The notes under the pieces: model-generated
What the model saw: only the letters and a program-made list of their open reading frames with translations
Database searches by the model: none
What the model was told of the DNA's origin: nothing
Translations under genes and position numbers: made by a program
NCBI GenBank assembly: GCA_965249725.1
Contig: OZ252251.1
Span: forward strand, 726,324-790,323
Length of the DNA: 64,000 nucleotides
From: Longimicrobiales bacterium
GTDB lineage: Bacteria; Gemmatimonadota; Gemmatimonadetes; Longimicrobiales; Gaopeijiaceae
Reading direction: 5' to 3'
Shown: piece by piece, positions 1 through 9,914 of the stretch
Numbering within the stretch: the first letter of the stretch is position 1
Layout: each line of letters starts with the position of its first letter

Positions 1-334
1 GCAAGCCGCGGCAACGCGGAGTGATCTTAGACGTAAACCATCCCAATAGTTCGTAGTCAGAGAGGACAGGGGCCATCCACAACCGTCCTCCGGCACGCCT
101 ACGCTTCTTCGCCATTTCGCCGACAGTTCCTTGGCCTGCGTCGCCCACCTGCCTACGCCGATCGGGGTGACACCGCGCTCGGCGAGGTTGGTTCGGTTCG
201 CCCTACAGCTCGTTCGCTAAGCCCCGCTACAGTCCACTGGATTCCCGTTCAGAAAGAGGGGTGTAATGAGGGGATAGCAGCCAGGTCATAAGCCTTATCT
301 CTATTATTAACAATGCTTTATAATTATATCGGCA

Positions 335-370
335 CGGCTCATGGACGATTGGGCTGCCTATCTGGCCGGG
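335..370 (+). pseudogene. C-terminal remnant of a P4-like tyrosine integrase
   Basis: Translates as RLMDDWAAYLAG, resembling the terminal helix of P4-type integrases; no upstream ORF, preceded by an AT-rich tract. Confidence 0.45.
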
Positions 371-410
371 GGGCGTCGAAACCCGGAGGCCCGTCCGTTC
401 CGGTTAGGGG

Positions 411-463
411 CTGGCGAGGGGATCCCCCGTGAGAGCCCCGGAGAGCGCCGATCTCCCCGCCAG
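411..463. repeat. imperfect inverted repeat / hairpin after the integrase remnant
   Basis: CTGGCGAGGGGATC ... GATCTCCCCGCCAG, 14-bp arms with 2 mismatches. Confidence 0.5.
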
Positions 464-827
464 ATGGCGGTCTAGCCCACCCGATTGTCTCCGGCACCGA
501 ACGCCAGCCGGCGCCGGTCCTCCGCCGTCAGCACCGGGTAGGCTTCCGGGTCAGCCGCCCAGGTGCGTTGTCCTCCAGAGCGGGGAATCACTACCCGCGT
601 CTTCCCGGACCTCCAGGTCACTGACCGGGCGGCGAGTGCACCTCGAGCCGGGCCAGCTCACGCCCGCCGATGATCGGCCCGCTCGCTGTCCCCGGCGGGA
701 GCTCCACGTCGAGGAGCACCAGGTCGTCCAGGCCCGCGTCTCGGTTGCACCGCCCCGGAGCGCGATCGGCAGCCAATCGCGCACAGTCTCGCCCTCCCAG
801 AGGGCGCCACAGGGGAAGCGTCAATCC

Positions 828-1226
828 TCAATCAACAGAGTCAAAGGCAATATCGCCATTCTTCCAAAGGGCTATTGCTACATCCATTTGTCCGTTGCGT
901 TGCTTAATCTGGCCCTGCATGACGCATTCCCACAATTGTGTGGAGTTATCAGACAGATCGGGCGAGGTCTGCAACAATTTAACCGCTTCAAGCGCGTAGC
1001 CCTTGTTGTCTATAGATCGTGTGTACCTTCCTGGAGGTATACCACGAATCAACCCCTCTTCCGCCAGCCCCAAAAACGCGTTGCGTGGACAGCTCTTTTC
1101 CCGACTCGCCGTTTGTTCTGAAAAAATTTCCTCAGCGGATGTCTTCCAAGCTGAGATCGGGCATAGGCCGTTTCCCTCGCGTACTTTCTTAGCCGCACAC
1201 ACTGCAATAGTCCCGTATTTCGACAT
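828..1226 (-). CDS. DUF6979-like hypothetical protein
   Basis: 132 aa; motifs SCPRNAFLGLAEEGLIRGI and GQMDVAIALW; visibly lower GC than flanks. Confidence 0.65.
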   Translation of the reverse strand: MSKYGTIAVCAAKKVREGNGLCPISAWKTSAEEIFSEQTASREKSCPRNAFLGLAEEGLIRGIPPGRYTRSIDNKGYALEAVKLLQTSPDLSDNSTQLWECVMQGQIKQRNGQMDVAIALWKNGDIAFDSVD

Positions 1227-1287
1227 GTGCTCTCCTCTTCATTAAATTGTAGTCACGAACTCAGAGATGCTTTACGCATACGGCCGC

Positions 1288-1635
1288 TCACGCGGGGATG
1301 ATGTCATCCACCGCAACCCGAAGAGCATCGGCCAGCTTGCGAAGGGTGTGCACCGACCCGCTGTTGCGTCCCGATTCGATCTCGACGATCTGCACCCGGT
1401 TGACGCCGCAGGCGCGCGCGAGGGCGGACTGAGACAGTCCACGGTATTCGCGCCAGACCCGTAGGGGCGGTTCCCGGTCGATAAGTCGGTCGGCCACATG
1501 CGCCGGCACAAGTTCTTCCGCGCCGCTGGCGATTCTCGCCTCGACGGCCAGCGCCGTCCGTATATCCGTAAAATCTTCTTCCATGGCACACAGGCGTTCA
1601 TACTCGACTCTGGGAATCGTCACGGTTTCGTTCAT
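1288..1635 (-). CDS. XRE-family HTH antitoxin
   Basis: C-terminal HTH (WREYRGLSQSALA...EIESG); AAGGAG RBS 8 nt before ATG at 1635; directly downstream of RelE toxin. Confidence 0.85.
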   Translation of the reverse strand: MNETVTIPRVEYERLCAMEEDFTDIRTALAVEARIASGAEELVPAHVADRLIDREPPLRVWREYRGLSQSALARACGVNRVQIVEIESGRNSGSVHTLRKLADALRVAVDDIIPA

Positions 1636-1640
1636 GATAT

Positions 1641-1895
1641 TCACTCCTTGTAGGCGCTGCCGCGGCTGGCCACATGCAGAACTCGCAGCACGTTTCCATC
1701 TCTCATTACTACGCGCCAGTCTCCCACCCGAAGGCGCACCAGTCCGTCTTGGCCCTTCAGACGTATGACGTTGTTGGCCTGCGACGCCGGGTCATCGGCG
1801 TAAGCCCGGATCTTGTCCCGGAGACGCTCCGCCCAATTACGGGGCATCTGGGTCAGGACCTTCAGAGCCGTACGGCTGTAGGCAATTTCTTTCAC
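1641..1895 (-). CDS. RelE/ParE-family type II toxin
   Basis: 84 aa from GTG; RLRVGDWRVV and RGSAY RelE motifs; toxin-first (higBA-like) order. Confidence 0.85.
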   Translation of the reverse strand: MKEIAYSRTALKVLTQMPRNWAERLRDKIRAYADDPASQANNVIRLKGQDGLVRLRVGDWRVVMRDGNVLRVLHVASRGSAYKE

Positions 1896-1900
1896 AGCAA

Positions 1901-1930
1901 GTATGTAGCGCAAGACTACGATGTAGTCAA
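1901..1930 (-). promoter_or_regulatory. probable TA promoter with palindromic operator
   Basis: TTGACT ... CATACT a few nt before the toxin GTG (leaderless-like); inverted repeat GACTAC-GAT-GTAGTC overlaps the -35. Confidence 0.5.
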
Positions 1931-2430
1931 TAACGACAATGCCCCCTCCGGCGTTACTGTCGTTCGGAAGCTCTGCCCTGAGCACGTCCATGTCCCTGGA
2001 GCGCGACGTTCAGGGACATGACCGCCGCTCCCCGGCACCTGACGGGCCATGCATCGCCTCCTTGGTGCGCCTTGCCGCCTCGGCAAGGGTGCTCCGCCGC
2101 GCAGTGCGGGGGGTCCTCTCCGGGGGGGCACTACTCCATCACAGTGTCCGGACGCGCTCCCGGTCGCCGGCCAAGCTAGGGTGCCAAGTCGAGCCGAACA
2201 GGAAGCCGCGAAGCTCCCGGACGATCGTGACAAGCTCCCCGTCGATTTCCGGGAGGCTGTGGGGGGGGCAGGATGCACGCGCCGATGTAGACAGCCAGGT
2301 CCCCGAGGGGTGCGCCTCGACCTCAGGCCGTGGTGGGGATGCCGTGGGAGTCCACGAGCGTATCTCGCCAGCGAGCGTCGAGACGCGGAGGCCGGACCGA
2401 TCCGCTGAGGAGCCGGCTCATGACCCGTAT

Positions 2431-2719
2431 GTGGACGCCCCCCGGGTTGGCAAGCCTGACTTCGAACCGAGGTTGGTGGCAATCAGGTCCGGTACTGTCG
2501 TATGTCCGGCCTCTTGATGCAGCCCTCGTTGGCTGCGGGCCCGTATGGTGTTCGTGAGATCGGATCCAAATCGTTAGGTCGGGCTCGGTGGCCCTTCGGG
2601 TCATCCTGGTGTTTCCGATCCCGTCTTCCAGACCGTTTGCCCTTACCCGTTCTTGCGTCCTGCTGCCCACATCTCCCAGCAGCTTTCTCTGTTTGCGCTT
2701 CTCTCCTTTCGTTGGCCGG
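2431..2719 (-). ncRNA. predicted bridge/seek RNA region (3' non-coding end of IS1111)
   Basis: About 290-nt non-coding end containing segments that match the target (ATGACCCG, CTAACG) and the donor junction (ACATACGA); exact RNA boundaries unknown. Confidence 0.65.
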
Positions 2720-3742
2720 TCAGGCGGCAGCGCGAACCCGATGGATCTCCTTCTTCGTGGTCAGCGCCCAGACCATCCGCGCCGTCCTGTTGGCGAGCAC
2801 CACCGCGACCAGCATCTTCGGCTTGCGTGCCAGCATCCTGGCCAGCCACGGATCCGTGATCTCGCCGCGCCGGATCGCGTTTTGGACGACCGCCATGGCT
2901 CCCGTGATCAAGAGCCGCCGGAGATCGCGCTGGCCCATCTTCGATATCCTGCCCAGCCTCGGCTTGCCGCCGGTGGTGTGCTGCCGCGGCACAAGGCCGA
3001 GCCAGGCCGAGAAGTCGCGCCCGCGCCGGAAGCTCTCCATCGGCGGTGCGAAGGCCTGCAGTGCCATCGCGGTGATCGGTCCGATTCCGGGGATTGTCAT
3101 CAGCCGCGCCGTCTCTTCGCGCTCCCGTGTGCTCGCCCGGAGCTTCCTGTCGAGTCCATCGATCTTCTCATCGAGCTCGTCGATCGGCCCGAGCAGCAGC
3201 CATCCCAGCTCGACGACCGCCTCCGGCAGGCCGGCGTCCCCGTCTTCCAGCACCCGGGCCAGTTGCCCGATCCGGGCCCTGCCCTGCGGAGCAACAACTC
3301 CGAACTCGGCGAGGTGACCCCGAAGGGCATTGATCGTCTGTGTGCGCTGGCGCACCAGCAGGTCACGCGTGCGAAAGAGCATCCCCTGACCCTGCTGCGC
3401 TTCGGTCTTGACCGCCACGAAGCGCATGGTCGGACGCTGTGCGGCTTCCGAGATCGCCTCCGCGTCCGCCGTGTCGTTCTTCTGCCTCTTGACGAAGGGC
3501 TTCACGTAGATCGGTGGAACCAGCCTCACCTCGTGACCGAGCGCCACGATCTCCCGGCCCCAGTAATGGGCGCTGGCGCACGCCTCCATCGCCACCGTGC
3601 AAGGCGGCTGCGAGGCGAGAAAACTCAGCAGCTTCCCGCGGCTCAGCTTCTTGCGGTACGCTACCGACCCGTCCGCCTTCGCCCCGTGTACCTGAAAGCT
3701 GCGCTTTGCCAGATCGATCCCGATGATGCTAACCTCCTCCAT
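2720..3742 (-). CDS. IS110-family transposase/recombinase
   Basis: 340 aa; DEDD motifs GIDLAK, AMEAC, KNDTADA; C-terminal WLGLVPRQHTTGGK; GGAGG RBS. Confidence 0.95.
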   Translation of the reverse strand: MEEVSIIGIDLAKRSFQVHGAKADGSVAYRKKLSRGKLLSFLASQPPCTVAMEACASAHYWGREIVALGHEVRLVPPIYVKPFVKRQKNDTADAEAISEAAQRPTMRFVAVKTEAQQGQGMLFRTRDLLVRQRTQTINALRGHLAEFGVVAPQGRARIGQLARVLEDGDAGLPEAVVELGWLLLGPIDELDEKIDGLDRKLRASTREREETARLMTIPGIGPITAMALQAFAPPMESFRRGRDFSAWLGLVPRQHTTGGKPRLGRISKMGQRDLRRLLITGAMAVVQNAIRRGEITDPWLARMLARKPKMLVAVVLANRTARMVWALTTKKEIHRVRAAA

Positions 3743-4274
3743 TGGATGCCTCCTCCCTCAGATGGTCGAAAAATGCTCAGTACCATCTTGGCACATTGCG
3801 ATGCCGCCGGGAGGGGGCGTCCACCCCATCGTTAGCAGTCATGAGCCAGCCCACGCAATGTTGAACATTGCGATCTGGCGAGGGGATGCTGCGCCCCCCT
3901 TCGAACCCCCGGCTTCCTGCGCCGCTGCCGGGGCAGCGGGCGGGCGGGGGGCGCCGCCCCCCGAACCCCGTCGCCGGTGCGCTCATGGCTGACCGCCGCA
4001 CCGCCACCGCGCTCAGCGGCGCTCGATGTCCTTCCCGCACGGGACCCCTGGTCGGGAGCCCCGGATCGGCACCGCGCCCCCCGCGCCCGCGCCGGAAGCG
4101 CGAGGACGCCAGCCACATACGGACGCGGTGGCCTGCACATGGAAGCAAGCCTTTCGGTGTGCATGCACCCCATTTGTCTCATGTGCACTTGCCGATCGGC
4201 ACCGACCCTCGCCGATCCGCGTCCAAGATCCGCCTCCAAGGAGCTGTCTCAAACGCCAGGTCGGGAAGCCCTCG

Positions 4275-4539
4275 ATTCTCCGCGTAGATGTGGTTGATCC
4301 CCTACCGGTCGCGGATGATCTCGACGGGAGCCTGGATGCCGGGGAGGGTGAGGGTGGTGGTGGCGGCGAGGCCGGACGGGGTGGCGGTGAGAGCCGCCAC
4401 GCCCGGCCCTGCCAGTGGGGGCCGCAACGTCAGCCCTGGCGGCATCGGCTGGTGGCGGGGACTGGGCGGTGGTGGGGGCGGGCGCCGCGAGCAGGTCTCC
4501 CAGGGCGAGCAGGGCCCGTGGGTGCTGACAGTTCGGCAT
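4275..4539 (-). pseudogene. penicillin acylase family N-terminal relic
   Basis: LPGIQAPVEIIRDR*GINHIYAEN with TAG at the usual W position (4302-4304); signal-like start is in another frame; truncated. Confidence 0.7.
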
Positions 4540-4863
4540 CGTGAGAGGATCTCCCGTTCTGGAGAGGATCGCGGTTGAAGCTGGAGCCGCATGCGTGGGC
4601 AAACACCTGACTGTGGCAGGTAAGGCGCACCGTGCCTGTCGCGCTTCCCCGCCACCCTGTGCAGAGAATCACGCTGCAAACCGAACAGTGGTACGCGAGA
4701 TGCGAACAGGGGCGTCCCGGTTTGCGGATTCCACGGTCGCTCCCTAGCATAGAGGTAACTAGCGCCACCATGACCACCCGGGTCGACCGGGGAGCCGACG
4801 GTGGTATGCGCTCCGCTTGCCGAATAGGGCCAAGCAGTTCTCATCACCAGGGGGGACCAGACC

Positions 4864-5415
4864 ATGAGGAAGCCCATCTTCACATCCTTCGCGCTTCTGG
4901 CATTTCTCAGCGTGACCGCCTGCGAGCAGGGCACGCAGGACCAGAGCATGGAAGACCTGAGCCCGGCAAGCGTCGACCACTACCTGCAAGCTTCCTCGTC
5001 GGTGACGCAGTGCCCGGGGACGGCGCCCGAGGTGGTCGCCATGGACATCACGGACGCCGCCAGCGGAGTCGCCATTGCGGCCAACCAGATCACGGTGTCC
5101 GAAGCCGGAGCGTATCTCATCGTGGCCGCGCCCCAGGTCGGTCGTGAGGGCGGCGGTCCTTACGGCTGCTTCGATCTCTGGCTGCGCGTCAACGGGACCG
5201 ATGTGGCCAACTCCAACGTCCAGCTCTGCCAGGACGAGGGGAGCATGGCCAAGGACGTCATCATCTCGCAGGGCATTGTGCCACTCGAGGCGGGTGACAT
5301 GGTCGAGGTCATGATGTCCGTCAGCAATCCGGAGGCGAACATCTGCATCGAGGCGATTCAGCCGGAGGGCGAACCGCTGGTGCCTGCGATCATCTTCTCG
5401 ATGATCAAGTACTAG
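4864..5415 (+). CDS. lipoprotein with a possible C1q/BclA-like beta-sandwich domain
   Basis: 183 aa; lipobox VTAC; ITVSEAGAYLI, LWLRVNG, LEAGDMVEV patterns; fold is inferred. Confidence 0.7.
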   Translation: MRKPIFTSFALLAFLSVTACEQGTQDQSMEDLSPASVDHYLQASSSVTQCPGTAPEVVAMDITDAASGVAIAANQITVSEAGAYLIVAAPQVGREGGGPYGCFDLWLRVNGTDVANSNVQLCQDEGSMAKDVIISQGIVPLEAGDMVEVMMSVSNPEANICIEAIQPEGEPLVPAIIFSMIKY

Positions 5416-5670
5416 GGGTCATCTTCGCCCGTCCAGCCCGCGGCAGCGGAATCAAGGCCGAGGTCGTGGCCTGGTAGCCGGGGTACTTGGCAACGGACAA
5501 CGCCTCGGTCATCCGCAAGGACGGAATGAACAGCGTCAGCCCGATGCAGCCCATGACCCGTCCAGTGTAGCCATTCGCCGGACGCCGCGACCGCGAACGG
5601 GTAGAATACCCACCACATGGCGATCTCGCAGAAGAAGTTCGGGTGACGGCCTGACAACGGCGGAGCGCGA
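5405..5670 (-). pseudogene. DUF1295-family (steroid 5-alpha-reductase-like) C-terminal fragment
   Basis: RHPNFFCEIAMWW in one frame and TEALSVAKYPGYQATTSALIP in another; no N-terminus. Confidence 0.7.
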
Positions 5671-5686
5671 GGAACTGCGTCGGCTG

Positions 5687-5790
5687 GCGCTGTGGCAGAG
5701 GAGGCCCGAGGCGGTGATCCATCACTCGGACCAGGGGGGCCAGGCCAGTCCCTCGCCGTCGGGCGCCGGTGCAAGACGGGCAGCCGGAGC
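5687..5790 (+). mobile_element. IS3-family transposase (integrase core) fragment
   Basis: ALWQRRPEAVIHHSDQG, then frameshifted SLAVGRRC. Confidence 0.7.
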
Positions 5791-5957
5791 CGGATCGAGG
5801 CGAACCGCAGCCGAGTGTGTCGTCTTCGACCGAGGGTAATCTTCCGAGCGGTGGGGGCTTTCGCAATCCGCAGCGCTCCGCTTACTTACCACATGAACCG
5901 TGACGGAGCGCATCTAGCGCCGCGACTCGGGAGGGCACAGAACCGAGGGGAGAGGCG

Positions 5958-6518
5958 ATGGGGAAGCTGTTGCTCCTGGTCGCCGCCGTGCTCGCGGCGG
6001 CCGACGCAAGTGCGCAGACCACTTGGCGGGGATTGGTGGTTGCACCAGAGCACCGTTGTTCACCGTACCGGTCTGGCGACTACAGCTATCCGCAGTCCGT
6101 CCAGGCCTCGATCGTCCGAGAGTTGGGCGGCATCTACTCGCCGTACACCGGAGAGCGGTTCGCGTCAATGGGTCAGACGGATATCGAGCACACGGTGGCT
6201 CGTAGCGAAGCCCATGATTCCGGTCTTTGCGCGGCGAGCCGCGAAACACGCCGGGCGTTCGCTCGGGACTTGCTGAACCTCACGCTGGCCAGTCCGGGAC
6301 TGAACCGGGGAGCCAAGGGTGCGGATGATGCCGCCGAATGGATGCCTCAGCGTAACCGCTGCTGGTTTGCAGACCGAGTTGTGGCGGTCCGTCGGCGGTG
6401 GGGGCTGACCATTGACGCCCGAGAGGCAAACGCCCTGGAGGCCGTACTGGCCGGCTGCACGACTACGGCTCTGGAGGCTGCCGGGGGCGGCGCCTTCGCG
6501 CCCATTGGTCATGCCTAG
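5958..6518 (+). CDS. secreted HNH-type endonuclease (DUF1524-like); 3' end runs into the IS1595 end
   Basis: Signal peptide (ADASAQ); DIEHTVA, LLNLTLA, LNRGAKG His-Me finger motifs. Confidence 0.75.
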   Translation: MGKLLLLVAAVLAAADASAQTTWRGLVVAPEHRCSPYRSGDYSYPQSVQASIVRELGGIYSPYTGERFASMGQTDIEHTVARSEAHDSGLCAASRETRRAFARDLLNLTLASPGLNRGAKGADDAAEWMPQRNRCWFADRVVAVRRRWGLTIDAREANALEAVLAGCTTTALEAAGGGAFAPIGHA

Positions 6519-6999
6519 CTGAGCGGGTTTTGGCGGAGGGATTTTAGCAAAGTTTGATACTTGTCGGCATGTCGATAGTTGTATCGCCATTCGGTTTCCT
6601 TGAGGTGCAAATGGAAGGTGTGTCTGAGGAGCCCTTTGAACTTCGCCAGCCGGACCTTGGCCAGGCCCCAGAAGCCCTCGATGCAGTTGATATGAACGGT
6701 GCCCTTGGTGAACTCGTCGCGGGCATGATCGACGCGGAAGTGGCCATAGCCTAGATCAACCAGGCCGTTGTAGCCGCGCCAGCCATCGGAGTTGATGACG
6801 GTGTGCGGGTCCACCCGGCCACGGATGATGCCCTGCAGGGTTGGCTTCGAGCAGTCCGGGACGATCTCGGTATACACTTGGCCCTGCCACTCGAAGATGC
6901 CCAAGACGACCGTCTTGCCGTAAGCGCCGCGCCCACGCCGGCCCTTGACCCGGCGCGCTCCGAAGAAGCTCTCGTCGACATCGACGACCCCGAACGGGA
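6506..6999 (-). mobile_element. IS1595-family transposase, 3' part only
   Basis: VDESFFG, SDGWRGY, HINCIEGFW, LKETEWRYN motifs; 5' half replaced by an IS481 fragment. Confidence 0.85.
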
Positions 7000-7001
7000 A
7001 G

Positions 7002-7404
7002 CTCTACAACGAGATAAGACCGCATGAGGCGTTAGGCGGTAACGTGCCCGCCGACCACTACCGACCCTCACCTCGACCCTTCCCCAATCAACTCGAGCCG
7101 GTCACGTATCCAGGCCACTTCGAGACCCGGCTCGTCAGCTCGAACGGTGGCATCCGATGGTACGGTGACCGCGTCCCTGTCGGTCGACTCTTCGCCGGAC
7201 ATGAAGTCGGACTCGAAGAGATTGACCACGGCCTCTTTGAGGTCTACTTCGGTCCCATCTGGCTAGGACGCTTTGTTGAACCCAAACGCCTCATCTTCGA
7301 CTCCCTCGGACGAGGGCAAAGACGAACTGGAGGTACTTGCAAAGGACGCAGAACTGTTACCTAGGTCTCTTTACTTAACTGTCACCCAGGTCTTTTACCG
7401 CTCA
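7002..7404 (+). mobile_element. IS481-family transposase 3' fragment with right end
   Basis: YNEIRPHEALG...; terminal direct repeats AACTGTTACCTAGGTCT (7352-7368) and AACTGTCACCCAGGTCT (7377-7393). Confidence 0.75.
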
Positions 7405-7600
7405 ACCGGCCTGGCTGATGCGCCTATGGTGCGGAAAGCCACAAGGAAAGCCTGTAGAGAGGGAGCATCAGTTCGAGCGCCACTACGACGGCATCCGGTC
7501 CTTGCGTGGTGCCAGATCTCCGCGAGAACGCACCGAGCTGGTTGTCTCGTCTGGATGGTGGCCTTGGGACTCCTGCCCTCCGACTCACCGACTACCCGGG

Positions 7601-9871
7601 TCAGAGAATCCTGAGCTGCCTCGAGTATTTCACGATCAACGACCGTGTGAGGGGTCCGGTGAGGCTCGCCAAGCCGTGAGACTCTTGTGCTTCGTTGTAG
7701 ACCACGTACAGCCCCGTCCCCGCGGTGTCTAACACGCCGAGACGTGCGTTCACCGACCACACATCGGCTTGATCCGAGTATTGAAGAAGGGTCTGCAAGA
7801 AGATTCGCGGTGTGAAAAAATATCCGACCCGAAAGCTCGTTCGTGTGGTCTTGAGGTCGCCCTCGTCCAATCGGACGATGTTGTGGTCGAACCTGAACTC
7901 GGCGGTCAGAGTCTCTCCCTGCCGATAGGTGATCCCCATGTCGCCCGTGTACCGTGTGCCGGAGAAGAACTGGCCGCCATGAACCATAATGCGGCCTGAC
8001 CAGCGAGCCGAGGGGTCGGTCCTCAGCTCCAGCGCCGGGAGAAAGTCGTTGTAACGCCCCGCAGGGATGACGACGCCCGGAGCGACCTCGAACGGCTCGC
8101 TGAGCCCCTCCTGGTGGAAGTTGAATTCCGGACCGAACCGACCTCCGCCCTCGGTGATGAACTCGGTATCGAGGTGGAAGTATCCCGTCTGTAGTTCCCC
8201 ATCCAAGTCCCAGTAGTAGCTCGAGTTAATGTGCGGCGAAAACTCCCGGATCCACGACACCGAGGGCATCCGGACAGCCTTGGCGATGTTGGCATCGAGG
8301 TAGCGGTACCCAACCCGGCTCACGAAGCCCACCTCCGGGTTGAAATTTTTTCCGACCGCCCGCAACTGCATGCTCGTGCTGAAATCGCGGATCTGGTACG
8401 ACAGATTGACGTTCGCGGCTTCGTCGCCTCCGATCAGCCCCGGGGTCTCCGTGCGGGCCACCCAGGCGTCGACGCTAAACGCGTCTCCAATGCCCAAACG
8501 CCCATCGACGGCGTATGTGCGGTTGTGGTCGCCCCCATCGTGGGTCGCCCTCCGTTGTACGAACATGGCCCCGGCGCGTGAGCGGTTGGGCAGTTCCTTA
8601 GTCACGCGGGCCACCGTGAAGGAATTCTCGCGGACACCCACCTCGACGTTCTCGTCGAGGTTATCCGTGAAGATCTGCACCAGCCCCACGCCAAGGCCTC
8701 GCACCTTGCCACTCAGCCGGCCGCCTCCCAGGATCGGCACCGCCTTGCCGCCGGGCGATATCCCGATCCTTCGACTGAAGAACAGATCCGCCGCCCGAGG
8801 TGTGCCGGCGGCGAAGGTCCCGGCGTTCTCGAGGAAGAACGGCCGCTTCTCCTGGAAGAACAGAGCGAACCGCTCGTTGACCGCGATCTGACCGGCGTCG
8901 GCCTCTACCTGACTGAAATCCGGATTGACCGTCCCGTCCAGGGTGAGGTTCGACGTCAGCCCATACGTCAGGTTGGCACCGAAGTCGCCAGTGGGATCAT
9001 CCCGAAGGAACACGTCGTTATCGTCGAGTGCACCGTTCAGGCTGCCCGTAACCACCGGATTGATCTCCATGAAGAGGCCCGGATCGAGGTCTCGGAGGTC
9101 CTGGAGCTTGCCAGCCTCCAAGAGCTTGTTGGGTTGGTTCGCAAAGGACGGCGCCCACGACTGCTGGTAGCCATTGCGCTGGATCCGACGGGTCACCTGA
9201 ATGCCCCAGTCCTGGACCGGCACGTCGGCAAACCGCACGCTCTTGAACGGAATCCGTAGCTCGACCTCGTACCCTTGGTCGGTGAGGCGTCCTCCCGACT
9301 CCCATATGAAGTCGGGATTGTCGTCGATCGGCGGGCGGGAAAAGCCGCCGCCCCCGCCTCCGCTCCCGCCCCAGTGTCCACTTCGCCCGCCGCTGCCTCC
9401 CTCGAGCCAGATGCCGTCCTACTGGACTCCGAACGGGTTCACCGAAAAGGCGTACGCCCGCCGCTGATCGTCGAACGTATCCAGTACGACGCGGACATAG
9501 TCGTTCGAACGCGTCACCTGGTCGCGCTCCGTCATGGTCGCGCGGATGCCCGCTGGATCCGAGTCGAGAGCCTTGATCGCGAAGTAGACGGCGTCATCGG
9601 TTACGAAGACACGTACCTCCGTCTGTTGCGAGCCGGGAATCCCCTCGGAGGGGTCGTACTGCGTGAAGCCGGTGAGGACGGGCGCGGCATCCCAGACCGA
9701 CTCGTCGATCCGGCCGTCGATGCTCACGTCCGGGTTCGTGAAACGTGGCGTGACGATCTGGGTCTGTCCGGCGGAGCCGTCGTATTCGAGAGCCGGCGAC
9801 CGCGACGGCTGCGCATCGACCGTTGCCGAGGCAGCGCTGATCTGGAGGACGGCGAAAAGAACTGGAATCAT
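7601..9871 (-). pseudogene. CBM9-like/DUF5916 outer-membrane protein interrupted by one in-frame TAG
   Basis: ORFs 9419-9871 and 7601-9238 share a frame; FGVQ*DGIW at 9419-9421; NPDFSQVEAD and EKRPFFLE DUF5916 motifs. Confidence 0.8.
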
Positions 9872-9914
9872 CTGATCTCGCTATAGACCGAACGGGGGTC
9901 CCGTCCGAATAACA

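Larger units (their letters stand above)
2428..3831 (-). mobile_element. IS110-family, IS1111-group insertion sequence, apparently complete
   Basis: Perfect 12-bp subterminal IRs GTGGACGCCCCC (2431-2442) / GGGGGCGTCCAC (3813-3824), 3 and 7 nt from the ends; CG core at both junctions; long 3' non-coding end. Confidence 0.9.

Noticed and set aside
1989..2020. Hairpin CATGTCCCTG-N12-CAGGGACATG as a terminator or element end
   Set aside because: Real inverted repeat, but no U-tract, associated gene or partner end, so no function can be assigned
3830..3840. Integron attC site at the IS1111 target (GTTAGCA)
   Set aside because: Only a partial core match; no complementary R'' box, cassette array or integron integrase is visible
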